A DNA stretch of 64,000 nucleotides from Candidatus Kaiserbacteria bacterium (lineage in GTDB: Bacteria; Patescibacteriota; Minisyncoccia; Phycocordibacterales; Phycocordibacteraceae): contig OY969413.1 in the NCBI GenBank assembly GCA_963699165.1, forward strand, positions 596,562 to 660,561, given 5' to 3'. A model generated the notes under the pieces. That model worked only from the letters and a program-made list of their open reading frames with translations. It did not search any database and was not told where the DNA came from. This document shows positions 48,329-58,347 of this stretch, one piece after another (position 1 is the first letter of the stretch; each line of letters opens with the position of its first letter). Position numbers and translations under genes: made by a program.

Positions 48329-50242
48329 ATGAACTCAGCACCAGCACCGGCTCCCGCACCTCGTTCCCCGGCTCCGGCCGCAGAACCGAGACCTTCTCAC
48401 GCGCGTCCTCCGCAAAAGCGCTTCGAGCGCGGCGGCAGACCCGCTTCCCGCGGCGGCGCTCGCCCCGGCGGAGCGTCAAGGAGAATACAACGCATCTTGC
48501 GACGCCCGACCTCTATGGGTACGCGCACAAACCGCACGGCCGACTATTACCCGGAACCGGCGGGTCCGACCACCGTCCGCATCATTCCGCTCGGCGGTCT
48601 CGAAGAAGTCGGCCGCAACATGATTGCGGTTGAAGTCGGCGCGACAGGCGATATTCTCGTCTTTGACGCGGGCTTTCAGTTCGTGTCCGAGGACTCCTCT
48701 CCGGGCGTCGATTATATTTTGCCGAATACGAAGTATTTGGAGAAAAATGCCGCGCGCGTGAAGGGCGTCATCATAACGCACGGCCACCTCGACCACATCG
48801 GCGGCATTCCGTTTCTCCTTCCCCGCTTCGGCACGCCGCCCATCTACACGCAGAATCTGACATCTATCATGATTCAGCGCCGGCAAGAGGAATATCCGGA
48901 TGTGCCGAAATCGGAAATGATTGTCGTCGAAACCGGGCAATCGATCACTATCGGCAGTACGCGCGTCAAATTTTTCCCGGTAACGCACTCGATTCCGGAT
49001 TCGATGGGCATTTCAATCGAGACGCCGCAGGGCAATGTCGTTATTTCCGGAGACCTCAAACTCGACCACGACAATGACATCCCGAGCGAGCGCGAACAGA
49101 AAACGTGGGGCGATCTCGAAAAAGACAATAATATCTTTCTCATCGCCGACTCGACGAACGCCGAGAAAGACGGTTTCTCGATTCCCGAAAAACGCGTCAT
49201 CCAAACGCTCGAAGACATCATTCGCACGGTTTCCGGCCGCCTCATCATCGGCACGTTCGCGTCGCAATTCGAAAGAATGATTCGCATCATTCAGACCGCG
49301 GAAAAACTCAATAAGAAAATCGTGACGGAAGGCCGCTCGATTAAAACTAACCTCGAAATAGCTGAGAAAACCGGCTTGCTTAAAATCGACAAGGGCACCA
49401 TCATCCCCGCGCAGGACATCGGGAATTATCCGCCGGACAAAATCGTCATCCTCTCGACCGGGGCGCAAGGCGAAGAGTTTGCCGCGCTTATGCGTATCGC
49501 GACCGGCCAGCATAAGAACATCACACTCACGGAGCGCGACACCATCGTGCTTTCTTCGTCGGTCATTCCGGGGAACGAAATTGCGGTGCAGAAATTGAAG
49601 GACAATCTCTATCGGCACAACGTATCGCTGATTCACTATCGTTCATCCGACGTGCACTCGACCGGCCACGGCAACACGGGCGAGCTCGTGTGGATTAATA
49701 AAAAAGTCCACCCGAAGTTCTTCATGCCGGGCTACGGCTACCGCTCGATGACCACCTGTCACGCAAAAGCGGTCGAACAATCGGGCTTCCCGCGCGAGAA
49801 CATTATCCTCGCCGATAACGGAACGGTTATCGACATCGAAGACGGTGTTCGCATGAACGTGCACAAGCAGAAAGTGCCGTCGGCGCAGATGATTGTGGAC
49901 GGATTCACTATCGGCGACATCCAAGAAGTGGTTATCCGCGACCGCCAGTCGCTCGCGAAGGACGGTATGTTCGTGATTATCGCGAGCGTGAACCTGAAGA
50001 CCGGCAAACTGCGCAAGTCGCCGGATATCATCAGCCGCGGATTTATTTATCTGCGCGAATCGCAGAACCTTTTGAACGAGGCGCGCGTGCTCATCAAGAA
50101 AACCATCGAGGACTCGACACACAATATGAATCCCGTCGACCTCGACTACGTGAAAAATAATCTGACCGACGTTATGGCCGGATTCCTCTTCGCGCGCACG
50201 AACAAGGCGCCGATGGTCATTCCGGTGCTCATCGGGATGTAA
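48329..50242 (+). CDS. rnj: ribonuclease J with about 90-aa Arg/Pro-rich N-terminal extension
   Basis: HGHLDHIGG metallo-beta-lactamase motif, beta-CASP, C-terminal domain. Confidence 0.9.
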   Translation: MNSAPAPAPAPRSPAPAAEPRPSHARPPQKRFERGGRPASRGGARPGGASRRIQRILRRPTSMGTRTNRTADYYPEPAGPTTVRIIPLGGLEEVGRNMIAVEVGATGDILVFDAGFQFVSEDSSPGVDYILPNTKYLEKNAARVKGVIITHGHLDHIGGIPFLLPRFGTPPIYTQNLTSIMIQRRQEEYPDVPKSEMIVVETGQSITIGSTRVKFFPVTHSIPDSMGISIETPQGNVVISGDLKLDHDNDIPSEREQKTWGDLEKDNNIFLIADSTNAEKDGFSIPEKRVIQTLEDIIRTVSGRLIIGTFASQFERMIRIIQTAEKLNKKIVTEGRSIKTNLEIAEKTGLLKIDKGTIIPAQDIGNYPPDKIVILSTGAQGEEFAALMRIATGQHKNITLTERDTIVLSSSVIPGNEIAVQKLKDNLYRHNVSLIHYRSSDVHSTGHGNTGELVWINKKVHPKFFMPGYGYRSMTTCHAKAVEQSGFPRENIILADNGTVIDIEDGVRMNVHKQKVPSAQMIVDGFTIGDIQEVVIRDRQSLAKDGMFVIIASVNLKTGKLRKSPDIISRGFIYLRESQNLLNEARVLIKKTIEDSTHNMNPVDLDYVKNNLTDVMAGFLFARTNKAPMVIPVLIGM

Positions 50243-50258
50243 ATCTTCCGGCAAGCAG

Positions 50259-50307
50259 GCACATGAAAAGTGCGGCTCGCCTTCGGCGAGCCGCACTTTT
50301 CATGTGC
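50259..50307. terminator. bidirectional terminator, 22-bp perfect palindrome
   Basis: gcacatgaaaagtgcggctcgcc-ttcg-ggcgagccgcacttttcatgtgc. Confidence 0.85.
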
Positions 50308-50321
50308 TATGCTCGTCAGCA

Positions 50322-51476
50322 ATGCCCTCGCGCGCAACCATCGTCGTCGGAAATTTCTTTTTCTCGGTTTGCGGAGCTCTCACACTCTATATTTTCCTCC
50401 CGTACCTCACGACATTTATGCCGGAAACGTACACCGGCCTCGCCATCGCGCTCGGCGGTTTGTTTGCGCTCATTCTCTTCCCTTCTCTTCCGCCGCTCGT
50501 TGCCCGCTACGGCGCGCAGCGGTTCTTTCTCGTATGCGCGGTTGCGGAAATGCTCGCGCTGTTCGCGCTTGCAACCATGCCCGGCGTCATCGCGAGCATC
50601 GTGTTCATCATCGTCACGATTTCATTGCAGTCCTTTCTATCGTATGCGCTCGATTTGCTTTTCGAGGCATCCCTGACGAAGCGCAGCACCGCCGGCGAAG
50701 GACGGGCCGCCTTTCTCACGATGGCAAATATCGGAACACTCGCGGCGCTGCTTCTCATAGGAAAACTTCTCGGGAATGCAAACGCCTACGGAAGCGCCTT
50801 TCTCGTCGCCGCCGCGGCTCTTGTGCCGGTTCTGGTGCTCTTTGCCGCACGAGAACTTCCGCGCGGGACGCCGCCGAAAATCTCGCACCTGCGGGATTCC
50901 CTGCTCGCGATTGCGCTTGACCGCGATTTTTCCGCCGTCACATTCGGCCACTTCGTTTTGTATTTGTTTTACATGTGGGTATCTCTTTATATTCCATTTT
51001 ATCTGCATTCGATTCTCGGATTGTCCTGGTCGGTTCTCGGTTGGTTGCTGGCGCTGATGCTCATCCCGCACATTCTGCTTGAATATCCGGCCGGGTGGAT
51101 TGCCGACCGGTTTCTCGGCGACAAGATGCTCATGTTCGCCGGATTCCTCGCCGCCGGCGCGGGACTTGCGGCGCTCAGTTTTCTTACGCCTGCGGCGTCG
51201 CCGCTGCTTATTCTCGGCATCTTGGTCATCGCGCGCGCCGGCACCGCGCTTATCGAAAGCATGACCGAGGCGCATTTCTTCCGCCGCGTTACCGATCAAG
51301 ATATCAACTCAATGAGCGTATTCCGAGGCATGTCGCCGCTTGCCTACATCGTCGCGCCGCTCGTTGGAAGCGTCATTTTAAGCTTTGGCGATTACCATAT
51401 CTTCTTTATAGTCACCGGCGCGTTCATCGCGATTGCGGGCGGCATCGCAACGCTTTTGGTACGGGACGTTCGTTAA
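50322..51476 (+). CDS. MFS transporter
   Basis: 12 predicted TM helices; start moved downstream of the terminator. Confidence 0.65.
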   Translation: MPSRATIVVGNFFFSVCGALTLYIFLPYLTTFMPETYTGLAIALGGLFALILFPSLPPLVARYGAQRFFLVCAVAEMLALFALATMPGVIASIVFIIVTISLQSFLSYALDLLFEASLTKRSTAGEGRAAFLTMANIGTLAALLLIGKLLGNANAYGSAFLVAAAALVPVLVLFAARELPRGTPPKISHLRDSLLAIALDRDFSAVTFGHFVLYLFYMWVSLYIPFYLHSILGLSWSVLGWLLALMLIPHILLEYPAGWIADRFLGDKMLMFAGFLAAGAGLAALSFLTPAASPLLILGILVIARAGTALIESMTEAHFFRRVTDQDINSMSVFRGMSPLAYIVAPLVGSVILSFGDYHIFFIVTGAFIAIAGGIATLLVRDVR

Positions 51477-51482
51477 CTCGGA

Positions 51483-52355
51483 CTATTCCGCGAGCGAATA
51501 TCGACCGCGCGCCTTGCGCACAAGGCCTTCACTGAGCAGCGCATCGAGCGCGGCGACGGCCTGTGGCTGCCTCGAAATACCAAGCGCGTTTATGAGACGG
51601 GCGCGCGTAGCGTCTCCTTTTGCGAGCTCGCGCAAAATTGCGCCGCGCGCTTCCCGATTCGAGCCGGCAAATTTCGATTGCCGGGCGTACGTGTCGCTCT
51701 TTGCGTTATGCGAAATGCCGGAACGCTTCAAGTGCGCGCCATAGTCCATAAGCGCCCCGTACCACTCTCGCGCGCGGCCTTTCGGCAACACGTTCCGAAG
51801 AATCTCTTCAATCTGCGAATCCGAAACACTACCATATATGGTAGTGTTTTCGGCAAAGAAATGGTGGATGATTGCCGTGCGAATGTTGGTCTCGACGAAA
51901 ATCACATCTTCGTTGTATGCAAACGCGGCGATTGCGCGCGCAGTGTACGGACCGACGCCGGGCAGAGATTCCCACTCGGCAATCGTTCTGATTTTTCTTG
52001 CGACAATTTCATGCGCGGCCTCGCGGAGCATTTTCGCGCGGCGATTGTAGCCGAGGCCCTGCCAACTTTTTAAAACTTCGGACAGCGGCGCATCGGCGAG
52101 CTTTTGCGCCGTGCCGAATTTTTTTATGAACACATTGTAAAAAGGAATGACGCGGTCAACCTGCGTCTGTTGCAACATCACCTCCGAAACGAGAATCCGG
52201 TACGAATTTTTTGTCTTGCGCCACGGCAAGGTGTGCCGCCCATGCGCATGGTAATATTTCCACACTATTGATCTGAATTTGGCAGGAGACATTACGCCGT
52301 ATCCTAGCCCAAATCGCGCAAAGAAAAAATGTTGACTAACCCCGACTGCCTTCAA
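51483..52355 (-). CDS. HhH-GPD base-excision glycosylase (MutY/EndoIII-like) lacking Fe-S cysteines, with C-terminal winged-helix domain
   Basis: LPWR, VSEVMLQQTQV, LPGVGPYTA HhH-GPD motifs; no Cys cluster; C-terminal 60 aa wHTH-like. Confidence 0.7.
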   Translation of the reverse strand: MKAVGVSQHFFFARFGLGYGVMSPAKFRSIVWKYYHAHGRHTLPWRKTKNSYRILVSEVMLQQTQVDRVIPFYNVFIKKFGTAQKLADAPLSEVLKSWQGLGYNRRAKMLREAAHEIVARKIRTIAEWESLPGVGPYTARAIAAFAYNEDVIFVETNIRTAIIHHFFAENTTIYGSVSDSQIEEILRNVLPKGRAREWYGALMDYGAHLKRSGISHNAKSDTYARQSKFAGSNREARGAILRELAKGDATRARLINALGISRQPQAVAALDALLSEGLVRKARGRYSLAE

Positions 52356-52379
52356 TCTTCGGAAAACTAACGTAAGGAG

Positions 52380-52940
52380 TTAATGTCCTTGATACGTGCT
52401 AATCAATTTCTCATCGGCTAAAACAAAATAGATATCAACATCATACGCGGTGGATTCTAACCATCGCTTAATTGCCGTCAATGCTACTTCCGCAGATTCC
52501 CTATGTGGCCAATTGTAAGCGCCAGTCCCGAGCGCGGGGAATGCAATACTTTTTGCCTTAAGCTCTCGCGCAAGTTCCAGAGAATTTACATAACAGGCCG
52601 CCAAAAGTTCTTCTCTCGGAACGGGATATGGTTTAAGAGTATAGAATCTGGGTGCGGTGGTATGGATGATATATCGTGCTTTTAGATTAAAACCGGAGGT
52701 ATGCACAGCTTCTCCCGTCGGACATTTACCGATTGCACGCTTGGCTAGCTCAATAGGAGTTCCAATTGTTTTACAAATTAGCCTATCAACGCCACCACCC
52801 GTTATCAACTCTTCATTTACAGGATTTACTATAATATCCGTTTCCATTTCCAGAATGCTCCCACAGACGGCTTTAATCATTTTGAGAAACGGGGGACAGC
52901 CACCATTATTTTCTTGATATAAAATCCCATTTATTTTCAT
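52380..52940 (-). CDS. macro-domain protein (ADP-ribose binding/hydrolase)
   Basis: DIIVNPVN ... GGGVD ... AFPALGTG; AT-rich. Confidence 0.75.
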   Translation of the reverse strand: MKINGILYQENNGGCPPFLKMIKAVCGSILEMETDIIVNPVNEELITGGGVDRLICKTIGTPIELAKRAIGKCPTGEAVHTSGFNLKARYIIHTTAPRFYTLKPYPVPREELLAACYVNSLELARELKAKSIAFPALGTGAYNWPHRESAEVALTAIKRWLESTAYDVDIYFVLADEKLISTYQGH

Positions 52941-53439
52941 AGTCCTCTACCGTGGGAGTTTGTACAAAGTACTGTTCACCCCTGAGACCCATTCTAAAAA
53001 TGCGTTGGTCGGTATTGTATTTTACTTTCTTCTTTTCTTTTTTCTTCTCATCAATCCAAAATTGATGCTCCTCTCGAATGTACTTTGCAACAATTTCACT
53101 AGGAACAACATAGAACTTGAAAAAACCAGTATCTTTAGAAATATTTACAAAGCAATAAAAGAGCGATTCGCTATAAATAGTTTCGTGCTTCTTACTCATC
53201 ATCCAGTCGCTTACAAACTTTCCGTGAATCTTAGAGACGGATGGCTCTTTCTTATCATTTTTGAAATTTGTCTTGACTTCGAGTTGCCATAGTTTGCCGT
53301 TATCCGGATCTAAAACAAGAATATCAACGCTTTTGGTATTGCCGAGCGTCAGGTTTGCATCGTACCCCCGCAGAGCTAATTGGGAAAGGACAGCAAACTC
53401 TCCCGCAATCGAAACTGAATTTGTATTAATGGATTTCAT
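52906..53439 (-). CDS. PD-(D/E)xK nuclease-fold protein, hypothetical
   Basis: GEFAV...VDILVLD...LWQLEVKT (E, D, ExK spacing); 35-nt overlap with macro gene; Lys-rich. Confidence 0.5.
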   Translation of the reverse strand: MKSINTNSVSIAGEFAVLSQLALRGYDANLTLGNTKSVDILVLDPDNGKLWQLEVKTNFKNDKKEPSVSKIHGKFVSDWMMSKKHETIYSESLFYCFVNISKDTGFFKFYVVPSEIVAKYIREEHQFWIDEKKKEKKKVKYNTDQRIFRMGLRGEQYFVQTPTVEDYENKWDFISRK

Positions 53440-53462
53440 TTTGCTGACCGTCCGAGACGATG

Positions 53463-53954
53463 TTAATCACAATCAACAATCCCAATAAATTTGAAACCTC
53501 TGAGAAGTTTATCCGCACGTTCCTTTTCTTCAAGATCTCGTTTAATTTGTGCTGGCGATTTTTTCCTATTTCCGACCTCGGCCACTGAGTCGGGTGATGC
53601 TGTCCCCCAAAAGATTTTGTCTAACCTTTCTCCACTCTTTAAATCTAGAATTTCCCACACGATTTCATTTTCCCAACCTTCTTCAGATTCCACTCGATAT
53701 TTGTACCGCCGAGCAATGAGACAATCCTTGGTTCGTGTGTCGAACTTTAATCCGAAGCCCTCAATCTCAACATCAGTAAAATCCTCGGATAGAGATTCTT
53801 CTTTTTTCTTACGCCAAATTTCAAAGTCGCTACGTGCAGTGATTCTATAGAGTAATTCTATTTGAGTATTATTGAAAAGCGACCATTCTTTCCAAAAGAA
53901 CAAAATCAATACAGTCAGTAATAACACCAGGAGAATTATAATAAGTATTTCCAT
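53463..53954 (-). CDS. membrane-anchored hypothetical protein
   Basis: N-terminal TM helix; AT-rich; first gene of the three-gene cassette. Confidence 0.4.
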   Translation of the reverse strand: MEILIIILLVLLLTVLILFFWKEWSLFNNTQIELLYRITARSDFEIWRKKKEESLSEDFTDVEIEGFGLKFDTRTKDCLIARRYKYRVESEEGWENEIVWEILDLKSGERLDKIFWGTASPDSVAEVGNRKKSPAQIKRDLEEKERADKLLRGFKFIGIVDCD

Positions 53955-54070
53955 GTCTCTAATTTTATCAGCAAAACAATTGGCAATAAAGGTCGTGACT
54001 CTAGCTCCTGAAGCACATCAACAAAGGAGGGGTGCCAGTCCCGGTTTTCAGAATTTTTTAGTTGGTAGTT

Positions 54071-54739
54071 CTATTTCGCTTTCGGCCAGCGCTTCGCCGC
54101 GGGCGGCCAGAGTTTCGTAAGCGGATGCTCCGCGCAATCGTGCGGACGCGCGGAACAGACATACCGCCCATACAATACGAGGCCGTTATTCACGTACTTC
54201 CAGTCTTTCTTGGGAATGAGTTCTTCCAGCTCTTTTGAAATTTTCGTAAGGTCGTCCGCATCGGCCAAATCAAATCGCTTGGCAAAACGCTTTACGTGCG
54301 TATCGGTCGCAATGCCTTCCCATACATCGAACAATTCCCCCAAAATGACATGTGCCGTTTTGTAGCCGATGCCGGGGAGCGCGACGAGCTCCGCTTCGGT
54401 GCGCGGCACAGCTCCGCTGTGCCGCGCTTCTATTTCCTTTGCCGCGCCGATAATCGCCTTCGCTTTGTTGCGGAAAAAAGTTACCGAGGAAATCTCTTTC
54501 GTGAATTGCGGCAATTTCGCTGCAGCAAAATCCTTCGGTGTTTTATATTTTTTGAAAAGCGCTGCCGTTAATTTGTTTACGGCCTTGTCCGTGCATTGCG
54601 CCGAAAGAATGACCGCAACCACAAACTGAAACGGCGTGTTGTATGCGAGCTCGCTTTTCGGTTTCGGGTACGCCTTTTTGAGATAGGCGACGATTTTCTT
54701 TGCGCGGGCCGCGCGTTCTTGTTCCTTTGCGGGCGTCAT
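54071..54739 (-). CDS. nth: endonuclease III
   Basis: HhH-GPD with C-terminal Cys cluster. Confidence 0.85.
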   Translation of the reverse strand: MTPAKEQERAARAKKIVAYLKKAYPKPKSELAYNTPFQFVVAVILSAQCTDKAVNKLTAALFKKYKTPKDFAAAKLPQFTKEISSVTFFRNKAKAIIGAAKEIEARHSGAVPRTEAELVALPGIGYKTAHVILGELFDVWEGIATDTHVKRFAKRFDLADADDLTKISKELEELIPKKDWKYVNNGLVLYGRYVCSARPHDCAEHPLTKLWPPAAKRWPKAK

Positions 54740-55218
54740 GCGGCAAGCATTTTAAGGTCGGCAATGACTTCCGCGGCATGCGTTTCGGGCTTCACTTTTT
54801 TATACACTTTTGCGATAACGCCGGACGGATCGATGAGAAACGACGTTCTGGTTGTTCCCATGTACGTCTTCCCCAGAAATTTTTTCTCGCCGAAAACGCC
54901 ATACCGTCCCACAACCTCCTTAAACTCGTCCGAAAGAAGCGTGAACGGCAAGTCAAAGGTGTTTGCAAATTTTTTGTGGCTCGCAACGCTGTCCGTCGAT
55001 ACGCCGAGCACGACTGCGCCGATAGTATTAAAATCCTGAAACTGGTCCCGGAACGAACACGCCTCGATGGTGCATCCGGGCGTATCGTCTTTCGGATAGA
55101 AATACAGCAGTACCCACTTCCCCGCGTAGTCGACAAGCGAATGTGTCTTGCCGTCTTGATCTTTAAGCGAGAAGGCCGGCGCCTTCGTATGTTCCTTCGG
55201 CATTTCCATGCGCGACAC
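54736..55218 (-). CDS. bcp: thiol peroxidase (Bcp-type peroxiredoxin)
   Basis: DDTPGCTIEACSF peroxidatic Cys motif. Confidence 0.85.
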   Translation of the reverse strand: MSRMEMPKEHTKAPAFSLKDQDGKTHSLVDYAGKWVLLYFYPKDDTPGCTIEACSFRDQFQDFNTIGAVVLGVSTDSVASHKKFANTFDLPFTLLSDEFKEVVGRYGVFGEKKFLGKTYMGTTRTSFLIDPSGVIAKVYKKVKPETHAAEVIADLKMLAA

Positions 55219-56384
55219 TATAACATTTCAGACGTGTATCCCTCGTGTGGAAATGCGAACGTAAAAAAGATCCGCGATAGCGCGCCGGCGGCAAATGTGG
55301 CGAGCAAAATAACGACAAGCAGCCCGACCACCGGGATAAAGGCAATGAGCGACAGCGCGAGCATGCCGAACGCGCCGTCGTGCCATACTATCGCCGTACG
55401 ATGCAAAAACCGCCGTGCAAACACTCCGCCGAGCAAAATGCCGGCATACATGAACGCGAGAAACGCGAGCAGCGCGTATAAAATGAAAAGCAGAATCGCA
55501 AGCCCGATGCCGACAAAGGTGAGTAGAAGTAAAATAATGAACACGGGCGAGGCAACCAACATCCCGAAACCGAGCAATGTCGTAAGCAGGATTCTGCCCG
55601 GTCGCTCGACCGCAGCATCAACCACCGATGCGGAAAAACGCGGGAAAAGTCCCGCAAGGAGTCCGGCGAGAATGAGCGCGCCGAGTATGCGCGCAAAAAT
55701 GAAAAATCCCAAACTCGCAACCGCAAGCACGCGCGAGGTTTGCACATCGGGCAGATACGAAGCGTTTTTATACGCCACGCCTCCAACAACTTTCGCGGAA
55801 CTCGAGATTTCCGCCGGCTCCGGCGCTTCATAGACAAGCTTGCCGCGTATAACCGTATTGTCCGCAATCCCAACGTGTCCGCTTGCGACAATGGTCACAT
55901 TGCCGGCGAAATCTCCGGACAGCGAAATATTATTTCCGTAAATCGTTACCGGTCCGTCGGCTCCGTTTGTCAGAGAGGTATTTGCGGCAACGATGAACAC
56001 GCTGCCATCGGTGCGCCCGCCATCGCGTACGGAAAGCCCGAACGCTACGAGATCGCCGCCGACCGCGTCGCCGACATCGACGGTGCCCGCAACCGCCCGC
56101 ATGTCGCCCGTGACTTGCGCCCGCGTATTCACCGAACCGGCGAAAAGAAGCGCGTCTCCCGAAACCGGCGCCGTCGTTATGATTGATCCGCCGACCGCGG
56201 AAAGGTCGCCCGCAACGGGAGCTGTTACGACAACCGAACCGCCGGTTGCATAGGCATTTCCCGAAGAAGAACTCGCAATCAAAAGCGAGCGCGCCGCGGA
56301 AAACGACGCCGGCTCGCTCGCGGCAAGCGCAATCGTCGGGAGAAGAAAAACGAGGGCAAGTGCGACGACCGGTGCGCGATTCAT
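55218..56384 (-). CDS. membrane protein with secreted bactofilin-like beta-helical repeat domain
   Basis: signal peptide, many GD/GS-x-x-AVGG-x-V repeats, four C-terminal TM helices. Confidence 0.45.
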   Translation of the reverse strand: MNRAPVVALALVFLLPTIALAASEPASFSAARSLLIASSSSGNAYATGGSVVVTAPVAGDLSAVGGSIITTAPVSGDALLFAGSVNTRAQVTGDMRAVAGTVDVGDAVGGDLVAFGLSVRDGGRTDGSVFIVAANTSLTNGADGPVTIYGNNISLSGDFAGNVTIVASGHVGIADNTVIRGKLVYEAPEPAEISSSAKVVGGVAYKNASYLPDVQTSRVLAVASLGFFIFARILGALILAGLLAGLFPRFSASVVDAAVERPGRILLTTLLGFGMLVASPVFIILLLLTFVGIGLAILLFILYALLAFLAFMYAGILLGGVFARRFLHRTAIVWHDGAFGMLALSLIAFIPVVGLLVVILLATFAAGALSRIFFTFAFPHEGYTSEML

Positions 56385-56393
56385 AGGACAGCG

Positions 56394-56882
56394 CTAAGTC
56401 GTGGGCGGCATCGACAGATGCAGCGGCTCCGCGGAAGATGCGGGACCGCGCGGCTTGCGGCGAAGCGGCTCAATGAGCGTCGCAAAAATAAATATCAGAA
56501 GCGTCGTGAATGTGGACGCGAGGCAATAAATACACAACGCTTTAATGACGAAAATCTGCAGCGACGTGAAATAAAGCGACGTAACGAGACCGATGAGCGA
56601 AAGGACCTGCAAAGCGCGGCGCAAACGGGAGTCGAGTGCAAGGATTTCGAGCGCGGCAATGATGAAAATGAGCCCGTAAAACAGCAAGCTGAGCTCGGCG
56701 ACGGGCACGTTGAAAATGCGAGAATACTGGCTGTTGGTCACGATATTGCAGCCCGAAAGGTTCTGAATATTGCACAAAAGCGGCGTGCTGTTGAGCTCGT
56801 TTTGCGTCAAATAGGTCGCATCGGCAAGGCCGCAGAAGGCAAGGATGAAAATCAGCACCGCGCCGAAACGTTTGAGGTTCAT
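56394..56882 (-). CDS. vitamin K epoxide reductase (VKOR) family protein
   Basis: loop Cys pair and CIYC active-site motif in TM helix. Confidence 0.65.
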   Translation of the reverse strand: MNLKRFGAVLIFILAFCGLADATYLTQNELNSTPLLCNIQNLSGCNIVTNSQYSRIFNVPVAELSLLFYGLIFIIAALEILALDSRLRRALQVLSLIGLVTSLYFTSLQIFVIKALCIYCLASTFTTLLIFIFATLIEPLRRKPRGPASSAEPLHLSMPPTT

Positions 56883-56911
56883 ACCACACAAGAATACGCG
56901 CAGATGTCTTC

Positions 56912-57301
56912 ATGTGCAAATGGTATACTTCCGCAATGAAAAAATTGACTCCCGAGGAATATCATGTGCTCGTCGAGGGCGGCACGGAGGCGCCCTTCAC
57001 GGGAGCGTACGTCGACAATCACGAGGCTGGTATTTACCGATGCAAGCAGTGCGGGGCCGAACTGTTTGACTCAAAAACGAAGTTTGAATCCGGCACCGGA
57101 TGGCCGTCGTTCACCGACCCTGCCGTCGCGGAACATGTCGGCACGCGCACGGACAACACGCTCGGCATGAGCCGCACGGAAGTGTTCTGCAAAAATTGCG
57201 GCGGGCATCTTGGGCACGTTTTTGACGACGGCCCCGCCGACAAGGGCGGTAAACGCTACTGCATCAATTCCGTCTGCCTCGATTTTGAGAAAGCGCCGTA
57301 A
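56912..57301 (+). CDS. msrB: peptide methionine (R)-S-oxide reductase
   Basis: CxxC x2 zinc site and GWPSF motif. Confidence 0.9.
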   Translation: MCKWYTSAMKKLTPEEYHVLVEGGTEAPFTGAYVDNHEAGIYRCKQCGAELFDSKTKFESGTGWPSFTDPAVAEHVGTRTDNTLGMSRTEVFCKNCGGHLGHVFDDGPADKGGKRYCINSVCLDFEKAP

Positions 57302-57310
57302 TTAGACGCG

Positions 57311-57778
57311 TCACACCACGCGGCCGGGATGCTTCTCGGCGTAGCGTTGGTGGTATTCTTCGGCTTTCCAGAACGTCTGCGCCGGTTCGATGGACGTTGC
57401 AATCGTTTTCGGAAGATACTGCGGCGAAAGTTCTTCCTTTACCTTTTCGGCAATCTCCCTTTGCTCGGGCGAGTGATAGAAAATCGCCGAGCGGTACTGC
57501 TCCCCCACGTCAGGCCCCTGCCGATTCATTTGCGTCGGATCGTGCATCCCGAAAAATTTCCGCACCAGCGTTTCGTATGGGACTTTTGCGGAATCGAACA
57601 GTACCTCGACCGCTTCGGCGTGTCCGGTCGTTCCCGAACAAACCTGCTCATACGACGGATTTTCGAAATGCCCGCCCGTATAACCCGATGCGGCATCGAG
57701 AACACCCGGCACGGTCAAAAACTCCGCTTGGACGCCCCAAAAGCATCCCGCCGCAAATGTCGCTTTTTCGTTTTTCAT
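57311..57778 (-). CDS. msrA: peptide methionine (S)-S-oxide reductase
   Basis: GCFWG active site; start at internal ATG 57776-57778. Confidence 0.85.
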   Translation of the reverse strand: MKNEKATFAAGCFWGVQAEFLTVPGVLDAASGYTGGHFENPSYEQVCSGTTGHAEAVEVLFDSAKVPYETLVRKFFGMHDPTQMNRQGPDVGEQYRSAIFYHSPEQREIAEKVKEELSPQYLPKTIATSIEPAQTFWKAEEYHQRYAEKHPGRVV

Positions 57779-57812
57779 GCGCCAATCATACTCGAAGTAA
57801 ATTAAAATCCTT

Positions 57813-58334
57813 TTAATTGCGCGCGGTTGCGGAATAGCGTCGGCGGTATTCGTGCGCGGTGAGCAAGAGCAAACAGAAGTCGAGTGTCGCAAGCACGTCA
57901 AGCAACAGCTCGGCGCGAATTTCGCCCAAAAACAGTTCATAGGAGCCGAACAGCGCGAGCGCAATCATGAACAGCGTATAAGCGTTGCGCCTTTTCTGAA
58001 AAATACCGCTCACGAGCACGACTTTGACCGCGCCGTGGAGCACGAGATACAGCGCGACGAAATAGTGCGTGTGCACGGCAAACGTGTGCGCGGCGGCGCG
58101 AATGTTCGTCGCGAAAAAATCATTCGGGTCCTCCGCAATTTCGCCGGACGTTACATATTCCGCAATCCGAAGCACCAACGACGACGGAATCACGAGAATA
58201 ACAAATGCCGCCAGCATTTCGAACACGCCGTTGATTATTTTCAATATGAGGGCTAAATCGAAGAGCCAGAGAACGTCTTTTTCGCGTTCCTGCTCATTTT
58301 CTATCCGCGCATGTTCCGGGGAAGGATGCACCAT
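57813..58334 (-). CDS. hypothetical membrane protein (DUF2127-like)
   Basis: four TM helices. Confidence 0.4.
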   Translation of the reverse strand: MVHPSPEHARIENEQEREKDVLWLFDLALILKIINGVFEMLAAFVILVIPSSLVLRIAEYVTSGEIAEDPNDFFATNIRAAAHTFAVHTHYFVALYLVLHGAVKVVLVSGIFQKRRNAYTLFMIALALFGSYELFLGEIRAELLLDVLATLDFCLLLLTAHEYRRRYSATARN

Positions 58335-58347
58335 TCCCCGTAGCGTA

